DNA of 63,329 bases, filler included, from Reticulomyxa filosa (taxonomy: Eukaryota; Protista; Foraminifera): assembly GCA_000512085.1 (NCBI GenBank). It is 20 parts of 20 records of this genome, joined end to end, with 100 filler letters (N's around TTAATTAATTAA, not from the genome) between each part and the next. Parts side by side here need not be neighbours in the genome. Positions count along the whole stretch, not along the records: positions 35,941 to 43,411 come from ASPP01000835.1; positions 43,512 to 44,660 come from ASPP01037478.1; positions 44,761 to 46,339 come from ASPP01021130.1; positions 46,440 to 47,634 come from ASPP01022325.1; positions 47,735 to 49,983 come from ASPP01014004.1; 15 more parts are not named here. One strand, 5' to 3'. The position numbers and the translations under genes were made by a program. Below, piece by piece: positions 36,080 through 47,795 of the stretch. Every line of letters begins with the position of its first letter. Position 1 is the first letter of the stretch. The notes beneath the pieces are model-generated. The model made no database searches, was not told the origin of the DNA, and saw only the letters and a list, made by a program, of their open reading frames with translations.

Positions 36080-37357
36080 GTTTTGATAGACAGGGTTATG
36101 AGGGATTTGAGATACGAGCTGTGAGTTAGGAAAGGTGATGTGATTGGGCGGATTGGGAACGGATGCAAGATTGGGACTAGCGGAACGGCCGGAATACACG
36201 TGATGGTAGTTTGAAACGGAAGAGATGGGAGTATTGTGGGCGCTACCGTTTCTCGGATTGTTTGGGAAAGCAATGTTGTGAGAATTGACGCTTACATTTA
36301 CATTGGCGTTTGGATTGGAATTTGCATTTGTATTCACACTGCCATTACCATTGCCAATACCATTACCATTACCATTACCATTGCCGTTGTTATTACCATT
36401 GGCGCTTGAATTTGGATTGGAGTTTGGATTTGCAGTAGGATTATGACTATGATTGCTGAGAGTGTAATTAGGATTGGGACTGTGATTGGAATTGGAGCCG
36501 GGCAAGAAATTGGGGTGAACACCTTGCATCACATTGTTGGGTTTGTTATTATACATAAAAGTGGGGTTACTTTGATTGCTGGGTTCAGCATCTCTCTCTC
36601 TACTATAGCTTGCAGAGGAGTCACGTCTTGCTAGATGTCCAGGAAAGTATCCTGGATGCTGTTGTTGTTGTTGTTGTTGTTGTTGCTGTTGCTGTGGCAA
36701 CGAAGATTGGCGTACGTTAGGAGATTCGTGATAGGCATGGTCCCCTCCAATGTCGGCGGATGCGGCACCTATACTTTTCCCTTCCATCGTCATCATTTCT
36801 GTAATTTCTTTATGGCTTGAACCACCAAGTTTGCCATGGTCTTTGATTCCACCTTCAGCGCTTGGGTTTGCCAATGATATTGCTTTTGTCATGGTCCCTT
36901 TTCGAGGATACGTATCACCACTTGTTGTTGGTGGTGATGGTGATGATGATGATGATGATGCTGCCGGTAATGCTGCCGCTGCTGCTGCCACTGGCACGGT
37001 CGTTGTGGTTGTTGTGGCGATCGTGGTTGTGGTCATTGTTATCTCTTCTCCTTCCACCTGTGATTTGTGTTCCTCGGCCTTTTGATTCGTCGTCGCTGCT
37101 GTTACGCTCTCCTTACTCTTGCAGTCATATTCTGCTATCAACTCGTCACGAAATTTCTCAAAACACAAACGTGTCCCCAATTCTTGTACCCCCAATTGTT
37201 TCTCCAACATTTCCGCGTTCACCTTGCTTAACACTGCTCCTGGAATGCGATTCTTGTAAAATATTGGCGCTAAGTCTTTCAGCTTTCCATCATTTGAAAA
37301 GGTTAACCATGCACACACATGCTCTGGACTCCATGACATTAGTGGCAATTGATCCAA
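36080..37357 (-). CDS. SAM-domain protein with long N/Q/P/S-rich disordered tail, partial
   Basis: SWSPEHVCAWL...LKDLAPIFYKNRIPGAVL...LEKQLGVQELGTR is a typical SAM domain, followed by poly-T/A/S/Q and NG/NP repeats. Confidence 0.85.
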
Positions 37358-37787
37358 CTTTTGTTTTTTTTTTTTTTTAGTTTGTTACACAAAAAAGAAG
37401 CATTGCAGTTTTTTTTATTGTATCCACTTGCTTATTCCAAAAAAAAAATCTAATGGCGAAAAAATGTACGCGTTTTTCCACGTGTTTCTCTCGCTATTCA
37501 TCAAAGGACATGTCACCTGTTCTAAAGTTACTGTTGGGACATATGAAAGAGGACGTGGCGCACAACAGCCCATAGTTTTTGGGTTTTTTTACGAACGCTT
37601 TCTTTCTTAATATTTTTTTTTTTATCCGGTTAAAAAATTCCTTTCCCGCACTTTTTCTTAACCATTAAACACAATCTATATTCGTTCCATTTCATGTGCA
37701 ATTATTTACTGTCATTATACCTTAAACTTAGCTCTACCTTGTTTTATTTTTGAAAACCTTATCACAAAAAAATAGAGCAATTGGACT

Positions 37788-38779
37788 ACAAAGTTGACAT
37801 TTTATACTTTTTAAATACAATAAAATGCGAAAGAAATGGACCTAAAACGATACCGTGAGATGATCGATTTTCTCTATTAAGAGACAATTTTTTTAACAAA
37901 TATCTATAAATCACGTAGTTTTCAAATATTATTTTGATTTTTATTAAATCTTTATTAATTGTTTGAAAATTTGAATATTTTATTGATCTTTGAAAATTTG
38001 ATAATCGTGACTGTATCGTAACCATAAAATTGCCAACTATTTTTGAAGCATTTTCAAAAATGTTCCACCATAAATATTTTGAAGATTTCGCAATGGAAAC
38101 GATTAAAAAAATTTGTTGAAAAAATGCATTAAAAATAAAAATTATTAATAAAATTTAAAAAAGCAATTTTTATGTTAAGAGTGTTATTTAAATGAAAGTT
38201 ATTTAACTTGATTTTTATTTTTGACTTTTGTTTTTTGCATTGCGTGTCAATTTTTCGGCTTGTAATTTAAAAATACTTATTTTTTTGCGTAATCTATCTT
38301 TGCTCAAGCGCTGCTGGCACAATAACGAGATAAATGTTATTTAAAAATAAATCAAGCAAAAATTTTCAAAAAATTTTTTTTTCCAAAATAGACGTCATTT
38401 GGTTATTGTAACCATTTTAGAGAATAAAAAAGAACAAAAAATAATTTCAATAAACGCTACAAATGCAAAAAACTAATCATACAAAATACAGTGCACAAAA
38501 GCAGTCAAACAAAAATGGTAAAAATTTCAAAAAAATCTTCAAAAAACTTAAAATTTGAGCAACTATTTATAAAAGCAAAAATTCTGTAGAAAAAAGTATT
38601 AAAATTTTTCAACAATTAGTAAAGATTTAATAAAAAACCAAAATAATATTTAAAAACCACACATATTTAAAAAAAATTAGGTCCGTGAAGAAAGTCGATC
38701 ATCTCTATAAGGTGTCGTTTTAGATTTCAGAATTTTTTTGCATTCGTATTTTAACAAAAGGCGTGTGGGGAGTCTACTG
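37788..38779. mobile_element. Degenerate ~1-kb non-autonomous TIR element (~200-bp inverted repeats), related to the 17949 MITE
   Basis: The left arm (CCTAAAACGATACCGTGAGATGATCGATTTTCT...TATTATTTTGATTTTTATTAAATCTTTA) matches the reverse complement of 38590-38779 (CAGTAGAC...TCTAAAACGACACCTTATAGAGATGATCGACTTTCT...TATTATTTTGGTTTTTTATTAAATCTTTA). No ORF inside. Confidence 0.7.
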
Positions 38780-40499
38780 TGGAGAATCTGCACTAAATGT
38801 AATACGAAAGGAACTTAGTTCCAAAAGAACAATGTCAATAAAAGGAAAGTAAATTAAAGAGAATTAATGACAAAAGGAAAGTAAGAAAAGACAAGGAAGT
38901 AAGAAGTAGTTAACTGAGGAAGTTTAACCAAAAGGGAGCTCCTCAGTTCCATACAAGTTCAACTATGTGTGATAAGGGCTTGCCCTACAGGCGCTGTAAA
39001 AAAACACATAAATAATATATCAAACTTTTTGTACAAAAAATTTTTATTTTTGAAAATCAAAAAAAAGCAAAAAGGCAAGGAGAAGAGCAAATACAATACC
39101 TGAAAGATTGAAGAGAAAGCGTGTAGAATTCAACATCCAACAAACAGTTGGTAATCAATTACAATAAAAAAAGATTCAGTTCTTTTTTTTTTATCAGAAC
39201 AACATAATCTACCATCTATCAACAGTATAAAAAAAGAAATTTTGCTTTTTCAAATATTTTTAAATGTAATAACAAGAAATGATTTTTTTCAAATTTGAAA
39301 GTGATTCTCTGAAGTGAGCTCCAAAAAACTTGTGCGTTCCTCTTTTAACTTGAACTTGGCATCTTTTCCTCTTTCAACTCACTGCAAGTAAGAGAACATG
39401 GGTTTGTTCGAGCCACTTTATCATAAACCTCGTCAATTTCCAACCTACACCTCAAAGAGATGGTCTGTCTTTTGTGTCTACGCTTTGTACGACACAACTG
39501 AATTAAAATTGTAGATGTATCTCCATCTCACTTTTAACAGGATTCCATGGGCAGGAATAGGCTTTGTGGCATCCTTTTTTGTAGCTGGACGAGTCTCTGG
39601 ACGAGTCTTGTCTCGTATGTGATTCTTCAATTTTTGTTTTATCAAATTAATAAAACAAGCATATGAGAGAAAGATTTGAATGTGAAAATATGATTACGTG
39701 AACATGTAAAATAGAAGCAAAAGCGAACTTCAAGCCATCGTGGGGTTTTCGTGCTGTCAAAGTAAGAAATGTATAACAGCAATGAATTAACACAAATGAC
39801 CGGCCTTATAATTTTTCAATTGCATCATCAACTGGTTTCAACATTTGGAAAGAAGATATACCATAACAAATCATCACAAATTTTAATATCTGACTTTTGT
39901 CAGTTTTTATTCAAAAATGAATTGCTTTTTGCAATTGTTTTGATTTCTTCAAGAGATTTCAATCACTCCCCTTTTTTTAGAAAAAAGAAACTTCAAATTT
40001 TTGATTAAAGTGCATTGTGGTTACATTGTTGTATCGTTCTAAAAATAAAAGAAACCTGATCCAAAAAAATGGTGATTTTTTGTTGAAAGCTTAAACGATG
40101 ATCAAAAAAGGGAAAGGTCTTTGTTTTTGCTATCTCTATCATCAACTTTAAAATTTGCTTTGGATTATGTGAGCTACGATAAGTATTTATAAAAGGGTGA
40201 AGAAACGATTGCATTGCAGAGTGAAACAATGTGAAAATGTTGAAACGCAAAGAAACTGTCACTCCAAAATCTTTAGAAAAACGAAACGAAAAAACAATAA
40301 AAAAAAAACAATCAAAGCAAGTGAAAAGCTGTGATATTAATTGTTTTGATTCTTCGCGGTTTACCTCATACAATAAAAAAAGAAAAAAAACAGAATCAAT
40401 TAAATATATTGAAAAATTAAATTGAAAATCTATGAATAACGAAAAAAACAGTTTCTTTGTGACAACAATGGGAAATAAATTTGTTCATAATTTACTAAA

Positions 40500-43086
40500 T
40501 CAATCAATCTTGGGTTTGTGATGGTCACCAGGTTGTTGAGATGAACCCAAGCGGGGCCGGCTATGGACATGAGACGTGTCCATAACATACCAAGGCAAGA
40601 CCACATAGTTATACAAGAAATTGGCGCTCAAGAAAGGAACAAGCCGCAATTGAAAGCACAAAATCATGATCAGTTTGAAGGAAGAAATAAAGGGAAAAAA
40701 CGAGAGTCCATTTTTCATTAGTTCATCGAATAGCCATTCAAAAGCGCTGAAAACGACCCAATACTTGAGCCAAAATATCATGTTCTGTCTCCACTGTGTG
40801 CACATGACTTCAGTATGTTTCAATGCTTTTTTTTCTTTAAAAAAGGGATCGTTGTCTGCGTTTTTGCTTGTCCAGTCCTTAATGCTTTCAATGCACTGTA
40901 AAAGAAGCGAAGAAGGAGGGGACGAACGTTTTGCAAATGGGGCTAATTGGTTGTCCTTGATGTGGGATGCCATTTCATGGGTATCAATGACATTATCACT
41001 ACCGTGACTATTGCTACTGTGATCATCGTCTGTATCATCAAAGGAAGGGGAAGGCGACATTGTCGATGATACTTGTGTGGGGTTAAGTTGTTGGCCTTTG
41101 TCAAATGCAGCTTTGGGTTGGTACAAGACGGTACAAAGCCTTTTCAACTGCAAATTGTAATGACCATACGTATACAACACCATAAATGAGGTGTACATGG
41201 CCAACAAATACCCCAACGAATAGCAAGCCAATGTAGGAGCAATCAACACGCCAAAGACTGATATCATTATTTGATAAAATGCGTTATGCAAACGTTCGTA
41301 CATGCTGCTCGACACAAACGGACGAATCAATGATAATGTCATCTGGTATGTGCCACCCCCCCAAAAAAAAAAAAAAAAATGAACCATAAAACTTAAATGA
41401 AATAACATTTTTGTGATTAAAATGTGCAAAAAAAAATGAAAATATACATAAATACGTATACAAAAAAAAATGAAAAAAAAAGAAAAAATTATTTACAAAC
41501 TGTTAGCAAAGAGTTAAACGACTGTAACGAAATTTGGCTTGAAATGCCTCGGTTCTTCCTGACGTTACTCTCTTTAATATCTTTTTGCAATTGACTGTTT
41601 GGATCAGTCTCAGTGGACGCATCATCGGGCACATCGACCCCAAACAGGAACCGTAAGAGATAATACGAGGTCAATTCACAACCACTGGTCAATGGGAAGT
41701 AACACCACAAAATGGACCAATACACAAACCACTCAACGTACTCCATGGCGTTGTCGTTCACTCCGTTCCAAGCAAATGTGGGCGAAGGCAACAACGATAA
41801 AGTGGCCGTAAAGACTCGAAACAGTAGCAACAGCAATCCTCGACAAGTCCAAAACTCTAGCCAAAAGCGTATGCTTTCATGCGAATACGCCAATGTGTAA
41901 TAAGTACGAATGCAAGGGACAATTAATGTTATGAATATAAATACGCTGTTCCGCAACTTGTGGAGTGTCTGCAATTTAACTTTTTTTTTTTCGCATTGCA
42001 TTACATACATCACACATTTCCGTATTAAGGACAGAAAAAAAAAAAAAAAAGGGGGAGTCCATACCAAACCAAAAAATGACAAAGAAAATGGTCCACCATA
42101 ACAAATGTGGAAAGGTGCGACCGAAAAAGTGCGATTGATAATTGACCCAATTTAAAAATGATTGATATCGAAGTTGAATTTGCTTTTGGGTTGCGCTCAG
42201 ACGTTTTCTAATCCTTTGCACATACTTTCGCTGTCGTACATGTGCTCTCAGCCACAATGAAAAGATTATCCCAATTACGCTTCCGACTATAATTAACTTT
42301 TTTTTAATATAACGCAAATTACATTTGTTTTGGATTTAAAGTAGTTTAAGAAATGTCAACTTGTGTGGATAGTTCCAGCGAATTCCATTGACTGTATGCA
42401 GATTGAAGATAGGGTGACGCCAAGGGATAAATGATCAAAATCAAATGCACTAGGGATTTTAACAGATGCAGCAACACCAATAACCAATCATAACATGCTT
42501 GTGCTGTTTGTTGAAACGCAGCTACTAAATGTGTCATTACTTGTGATGCCGAGTCACCTTTAGGATTTTTACAACAGTTTTTGCAAAAATAACAAAATGT
42601 GCAAGCACAAGTGCTCCGCCTTCAAACAAATTAAAAATGATTATTACTTACCTAAGGGCACATATTGCAATAACCAAAGATCCCATATCCAATCGCTATT
42701 TGCCAAGGTACGGACTAGCTCTAACAACACCATGACGCTTATGAAGAGGAGCGGAAAAAATAGTTCCCTTCCTCGCTTAAAACTAAAAAGAAAGACCACG
42801 GAAAAGAAGCAAAACCAGCACAGTTGCCACAACCTAGGTGTTTTGGGTGATGTAAAAAGCATATGTAACATATGTCAAACAAAAAGTAGACGTAGTTAAG
42901 AAATCGTAATGTTCCAACAAAATTATTCATTCTTGCATAAGACAGGAGCTAACCTATCCAGAAAGAGTAAAATAAATGGCAGTTACGGAAAATTTTGCTG
43001 AATATCACGACTGTATCATAAAGGCACAGGTGTAAACAACTAGAATGCAGATTATGTAAAAGTGGTGACGCTAGATAAGAATCCAT
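40500..43086 (-). CDS. Multi-pass membrane protein with TB2/DP1/HVA22 (REEP/Yop1-like) domain(s), multi-exon
   Basis: C-terminal WLKYWVVFSAFEWL...FFPFISSFKLIMIL..Q....ANFLYNYVVLPW. An earlier unit P.IRTY..L...IRFWLEFW...W.YFP.TSG..L.SY resembles a second copy. The 5' exon boundaries are approximate. Confidence 0.65.
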
Positions 43087-43511
43087 CAATTCACTTATTT
43101 TTTTAATTACTTATTTAATTTATAATTAATTTTTAAAAGAAAGCAAAACTTAATTACAAGAAAAAAATCATATTCCAGAGAAAATAGAAAAATATCTAAT
43201 TTTTGTCTTCTTTCATGCATGATAAATTGATTTCAAATATTTAGAAAGGATGAAACTTGATGAAATTGAAATAAACCACTACCCGTAAAAGAAGGAGTTG
43301 TTAAAAAGATTTGCAACAGTTTGAACGGATGCGACAAGGCAAAGAACAAAAACTGAAATATTACATTGCCTCAGCAAGCAGTATAACAGCAAAAGAAAAA
43401 AGAAAGAAAGANNNNNNNNNNNNNNNNNNNNNNNNNNNNNNNNNNNNNNNNNNNNTTAATTAATTAANNNNNNNNNNNNNNNNNNNNNNNNNNNNNNNNN
43501 NNNNNNNNNNN

Positions 43512-44166
43512 CTCGTCGATGTCGGCAATGATGCGGTCGACTTCGAGGTATTCCGGATTGAACGGCTCTCCTCCATAGAGCATTTCCTGGGCTTGCTTGA
43601 TCGACTCGTAATTGCGTTCAAACGTCTTGATTTTACGCGCCACTTTGTCGGCACCAAAGCGCTCATTCATTTCGATGACGTTCATCCACTCGCAATGGAT
43701 ATACGCCATGTCTTCCATTTTCACAAAGTACTGTTTCATTTCGTTCAAAGTGTCGCGACTGCAATTGCGTTTTTCCGCTTCGAACCACGTGACAAAGATC
43801 TCATCGGCATTGTCTTTGCTAACATACACAGTGCGTTCGTCCAATATCTTTTCAATCTTTTCCACAAACTGGTCGAGTTCGTTTTGTTTTTCCAATCGTA
43901 GCTTCTTGGCCGTTTTCTCTTCCCAGTCCAAGTACTGGTCCAATTCCGTTTCCTCTTTGTAGTTCACGCGCTGTTCTTTTTTGCGTAACCGCTCGCTACT
44001 TCGAATCGGTCTCATTGCAATAGAGCGTTCGCCGTCGTCCATTGCATCTACTGTCGACCTATCATCTTGTCCTTGGCTCATTCCTATCCCATCTCCTTCT
44101 ACTCCTACTCCTACTCCTCCTCTTCGAGAATGTATATGAAATGCATCCTTATGTTTGACTGGTGAG

Positions 44167-44200
<34 letters not shown>

Positions 44201-44660
44201 GCTGTCGTCCGGACAACTGTTCCAAGAAATTAAAAATTCGCTTTGCACGCTGTTGACAATCCTGTGGCTGCGAGTGTCGCTGCATCAACACGGCATTTTC
44301 GTGCAGATGCGACCAATCGTCTTCGCCGTATTCGGACATGTACGTGATGAGAGCATTCAATTCGTCATGACTCCAACGTTCGTCGCAAAACTGTTTCCAC
44401 GAAAACTGCTCTGGGGCGCTGGCACGTTGCTGCATGCGAGCGCGACTGATTTCTGCCATGTCCTCGTCATCTGTGTCCAACTCGCTCTCATGCGATTTGC
44501 GATGACGATACTGACTGGTTGTACTTCGACGACCTCCTGCTCCTGCTCCTGCTCCTCCTCCCCATTTGCCACGACCACCATTGGAAAGGACTCCAGAGTG
44601 ATCACGATGTTGATGTTGATGATGATGATGGGGATTGTCACCACCACCACCACCACCACC
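43512..44660 (-). CDS. CHD-family (CHD6-9/Kismet-like) tandem chromodomain region with an upstream Myb/SANT-like motif, internal fragment
   Basis: One open frame spans the whole contig. IEKILDER...YFVKMEDMAYIHCEW...KIKTF...EPFNPEYLEVDRII is the CHD chromo1-linker-chromo2 signature. Upstream lies WSHDELNALITYMSEYGEDDW. Confidence 0.85.
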
Positions 44661-44760
44661 NNNNNNNNNNNNNNNNNNNNNNNNNNNNNNNNNNNNNNNN
44701 NNNNTTAATTAATTAANNNNNNNNNNNNNNNNNNNNNNNNNNNNNNNNNNNNNNNNNNNN

Positions 44761-44793
<33 letters not shown>

Positions 44794-44829
44794 CCAAAGG
44801 AAAGGAGATTCGGTAGAAATGACTTTTTG

Positions 44830-45375
44830 TGATTGATTTGCAAAACTGAAATTTGTTGCTGGAAGATGAAACAGCCGATTTTGCAATGTCAAACGATCGG
44901 TGTCCTTTCATTTCGTTGTCAGTATAATTGATGTGTCCACTTTTCAGTAATACGGCCCATCGTTGGGTCCACTTCAATTGTCCTTTTTTCGTTAAGTACC
45001 CCATTCGAATTACGTTGTCACTCTATTCACATTTTTTGTTTGCTTTTCTTTGTTTTCCACAAACCAAACAAATAGATCATTAAACACTTACCCCTTCTTT
45101 AAACTCACTGTCCGAAAGTAATTCGATGGTGTACAAAGGTTCAGCATGCGAGTTAAACTCATCTCTGGTGCCGTAAATGCGAACACTTGAACCCTTTATT
45201 TATTTATTTATTTTTTTTTTTGCGTCGTGTTGGATCAGTTTTGCATGTCGTCTTCTTACGAACAAAACACAAAAAACAACTAAACATTCGAGACTATAAA
45301 GCGTCGCATCCACGCCGCTTTTTCCGTTGGCTTGTGCCAAATTATGCCTTGCACAATCCCTTCTCCCTCAGCCAT
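44830..45375 (-). CDS. PH-domain protein, N-terminal exons (nested/split PH)
   Basis: ATG at 45375; exons 45375-45286, 45193-~45092 and ~45022 onward. Spliced product: QGIIWHK..AWMRRFIVSNGSSVRIY...EPLYTIEL, then RMGYLTKKGQLKWTQRWAVLLKSGHINY. Confidence 0.75.
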
Positions 45376-45676
45376 ATTTCTCACTTAATAACAACAAGGG
45401 TTTTTCAAACTGTTATTATTAATCGCCCCCTGAACCTTAATTTTTCTACTTTTGACAAAAGTTCAAAAGTTAATTTAAAAAATTGGTAGGTGTGGTTATC
45501 ATGGAAGAAGAAGACGCACATGAAAAAAATGTGCTTATTGAATATTCTCATTTATCACCAAATTTCTCCTCATTTAAAAGTAACCAAAAAAAAAATTATA
45601 GTTTCCAATGCAACAATTGAAGAAACAAATTTTGTAGGAAATGAATGAGGAAAATATAAGGAAAGAAAAAAAAAGA

Positions 45677-46312
45677 TTAGAAGCTGTCAATGAACGAAAA
45701 ATTGGAAGAGTGGGGAAAAAAATTCAAGTATTGAAATAGATCACATGGCATTGCTACAATTAACAGTGTAATTGGCGATTTGTTGTGGTCTGACAACATT
45801 TCTGGTGCGCAAAACATGTAAAAGCACCCCCGCACCAACTCCGACAAAGACATATGATAACACATGTCTCAGTTGATAACTCATCCAGTCAAAGCTGAAA
45901 ATATTCTTGTAGATACTGTGTTCATTTTCATCATTATTTTTAGTTCCTATGTATACGTCATTCAAATCGGCTGCGTAACAAAAATCCAACACAAACATTT
46001 CGTAAAAGTTACGCTTCGAATTTCAATTGGAATAAAAAAATAAAAATAAAAAATAAAAAATCATATACACACATAACATCCAATGTCTTGGAGTTTTTTC
46101 TTTAATCGCTTTTGTTCGTGTTTGGAGAAAATGATTTCAGCTTTAGTTGTGTGTTTGATAAAAGGGTCTTTGTTTGGATCATATCGATCACCAAACCAAC
46201 CGTAAATCAGTCCTAGCGTCCCGCACAACAAGGCTGCGTAATCTACCTGGTTTTGATAGGTTGCTCCAAATATGCGATACACTCGGTCCTCTACCAGGTC
46301 GGTGTCCATCTC
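45677..46312 (-). CDS. Hypothetical membrane protein, 3' exons (DUF1757-like motif)
   Basis: EDRVYRIFGATYQNQVDYAALLCGTLG resembles the DRxYRxxxxxxQxxVD pattern, with further hydrophobic segments downstream. The exon structure is unresolved. Confidence 0.4.
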
Positions 46313-46452
46313 TTTGATTACAACAAAAAAAAAAAAGGANNNNNNNNNNNNNNNNNNNNNNNNNNNNNNNNNNNNNNNNNNNNTTAATTAATTAANNNNN
46401 NNNNNNNNNNNNNNNNNNNNNNNNNNNNNNNNNNNNNNNTATATAAACTTAC

Positions 46453-46590
46453 CAGAGTTTCTATGTAATCTTCGTCATATCGGTCCTCAATATACTTCAC
46501 CATCAATGTTGTCTTTCCTATTTGTGGATCTCCTAAGAGACCCACTTTTATCACCACTTTATTTGGCGTCTTCTTCTGGGGCAACGTCAT
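46453..46590 (-). CDS. spg1: Tem1/Spg1 (septum-promoting) GTPase, first exon
   Basis: MTLPQKKTPNKVVIKVGLLGDPQIGKTTLMVKYIEDRYDEDYIETL followed by a GTAAGT donor. IKVGLLGD..IGKT.LMVKY...DEDY..TLG is Tem1/Spg1-typical. Confidence 0.85.
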
Positions 46591-46979
46591 TTGCTATATG
46601 TTCAATTTTCTAACAAGTTTTTTTTAAAGTTTTAAAAAAACGCGCTGCACCCGGCCATTCAGAGATCGATTGTTAGGATGGGATTACAATTTACAAATTC
46701 TCAAAGAATTACTCGAAGAATGTCCAGAACAAAAAAAGAAACACTCGAACTTTGTTTTTATTTAAAACAGGACAAAATTAGGTTTGTCATCTGAAGACTA
46801 CTGCATTTACATTAACTTCTAACGCTTTGCAAATTTTAAAAAAACAATCCCTTTGTTACAAACAATTTTTTTTAACATATTATTTTTCAATTTTGTTTGA
46901 AATGAAAACAATAATAATAATAGTATTTTTTTATGATCGCAATTTTTTGTAAACATTAAAAACAAAAAAATAGCCAGAA

Positions 46980-47555
46980 TTAAGATGAAGAAAGCAAATG
47001 AATGGGAATTTTGCCGAAAGGATCACGAAAGTGGACAATAGATTGAGACAGCTGAGCAAACTGCAAGCCCCCTTTGAGCAAAAGGGACGGATACCTTGCA
47101 GGTACTTGCATGTGTGCAAGAGTAGATGTGACAGACGAGCTAGAAGAAGAGCAGTGAACACGAAGCAAAGAGGGATACATTGCCAAAGGGTCATTGTTTT
47201 CAAAAGTGAAGGTATCACAAAATGGAGCGAAGCGATTTCCCCACGTTGGAACGTGTTGACCGCAATATAGCAAATGCGCTTTGATACTTGGGAAAAGGAC
47301 TTGACATAAAGAGCCAGTGACAACGATTGGAATCTGTTCGACTCCAAAGTCGTCAGATCGAAAGTGGGGACAAACAATAGAGTGAAACGAGTCCAGCACT
47401 TGATGCAGGTACATCAATACCTCAAACAATAAGTACTTTGGGACTTTGGAGTGTCCAAGTCGTACGTCAGTTGGACGGCCTGTCCCATCTTCTTTATTCT
47501 CTTCATTCAATTGCATTGCTTGCAATAGCACTGAGCTGATTCTTTCTTCGGTCAT
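46980..47555 (-). CDS. Hypothetical protein, last exon
   Basis: 191-codon open frame with coding-like GC between AT-rich flanks. No recognised motif. Confidence 0.55.
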   Translation of the reverse strand: MTEERISSVLLQAMQLNEENKEDGTGRPTDVRLGHSKVPKYLLFEVLMYLHQVLDSFHSIVCPHFRSDDFGVEQIPIVVTGSLCQVLFPSIKAHLLYCGQHVPTWGNRFAPFCDTFTFENNDPLAMYPSLLRVHCSSSSSSVTSTLAHMQVPARYPSLLLKGGLQFAQLSQSIVHFRDPFGKIPIHLLSSS

Positions 47556-47734
47556 ATATTCTTTTTTTTTGGGAATAATAATATATACACGTATACTTTT
47601 TTGTACATTTTTTTATGTAAAAAAATATATATACNNNNNNNNNNNNNNNNNNNNNNNNNNNNNNNNNNNNNNNNNNNNTTAATTAATTAANNNNNNNNNN
47701 NNNNNNNNNNNNNNNNNNNNNNNNNNNNNNNNNN

Positions 47735-47775
<41 letters not shown>

Positions 47776-47795
47776 TATGTGTGTGAAAGTGCAGA

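Noticed and set aside
38912-38948. Small hairpin AACTGAGGA...TCCTCAGTT
   Set aside because: The stem is only about 9 bp and appears once, with no supporting context.
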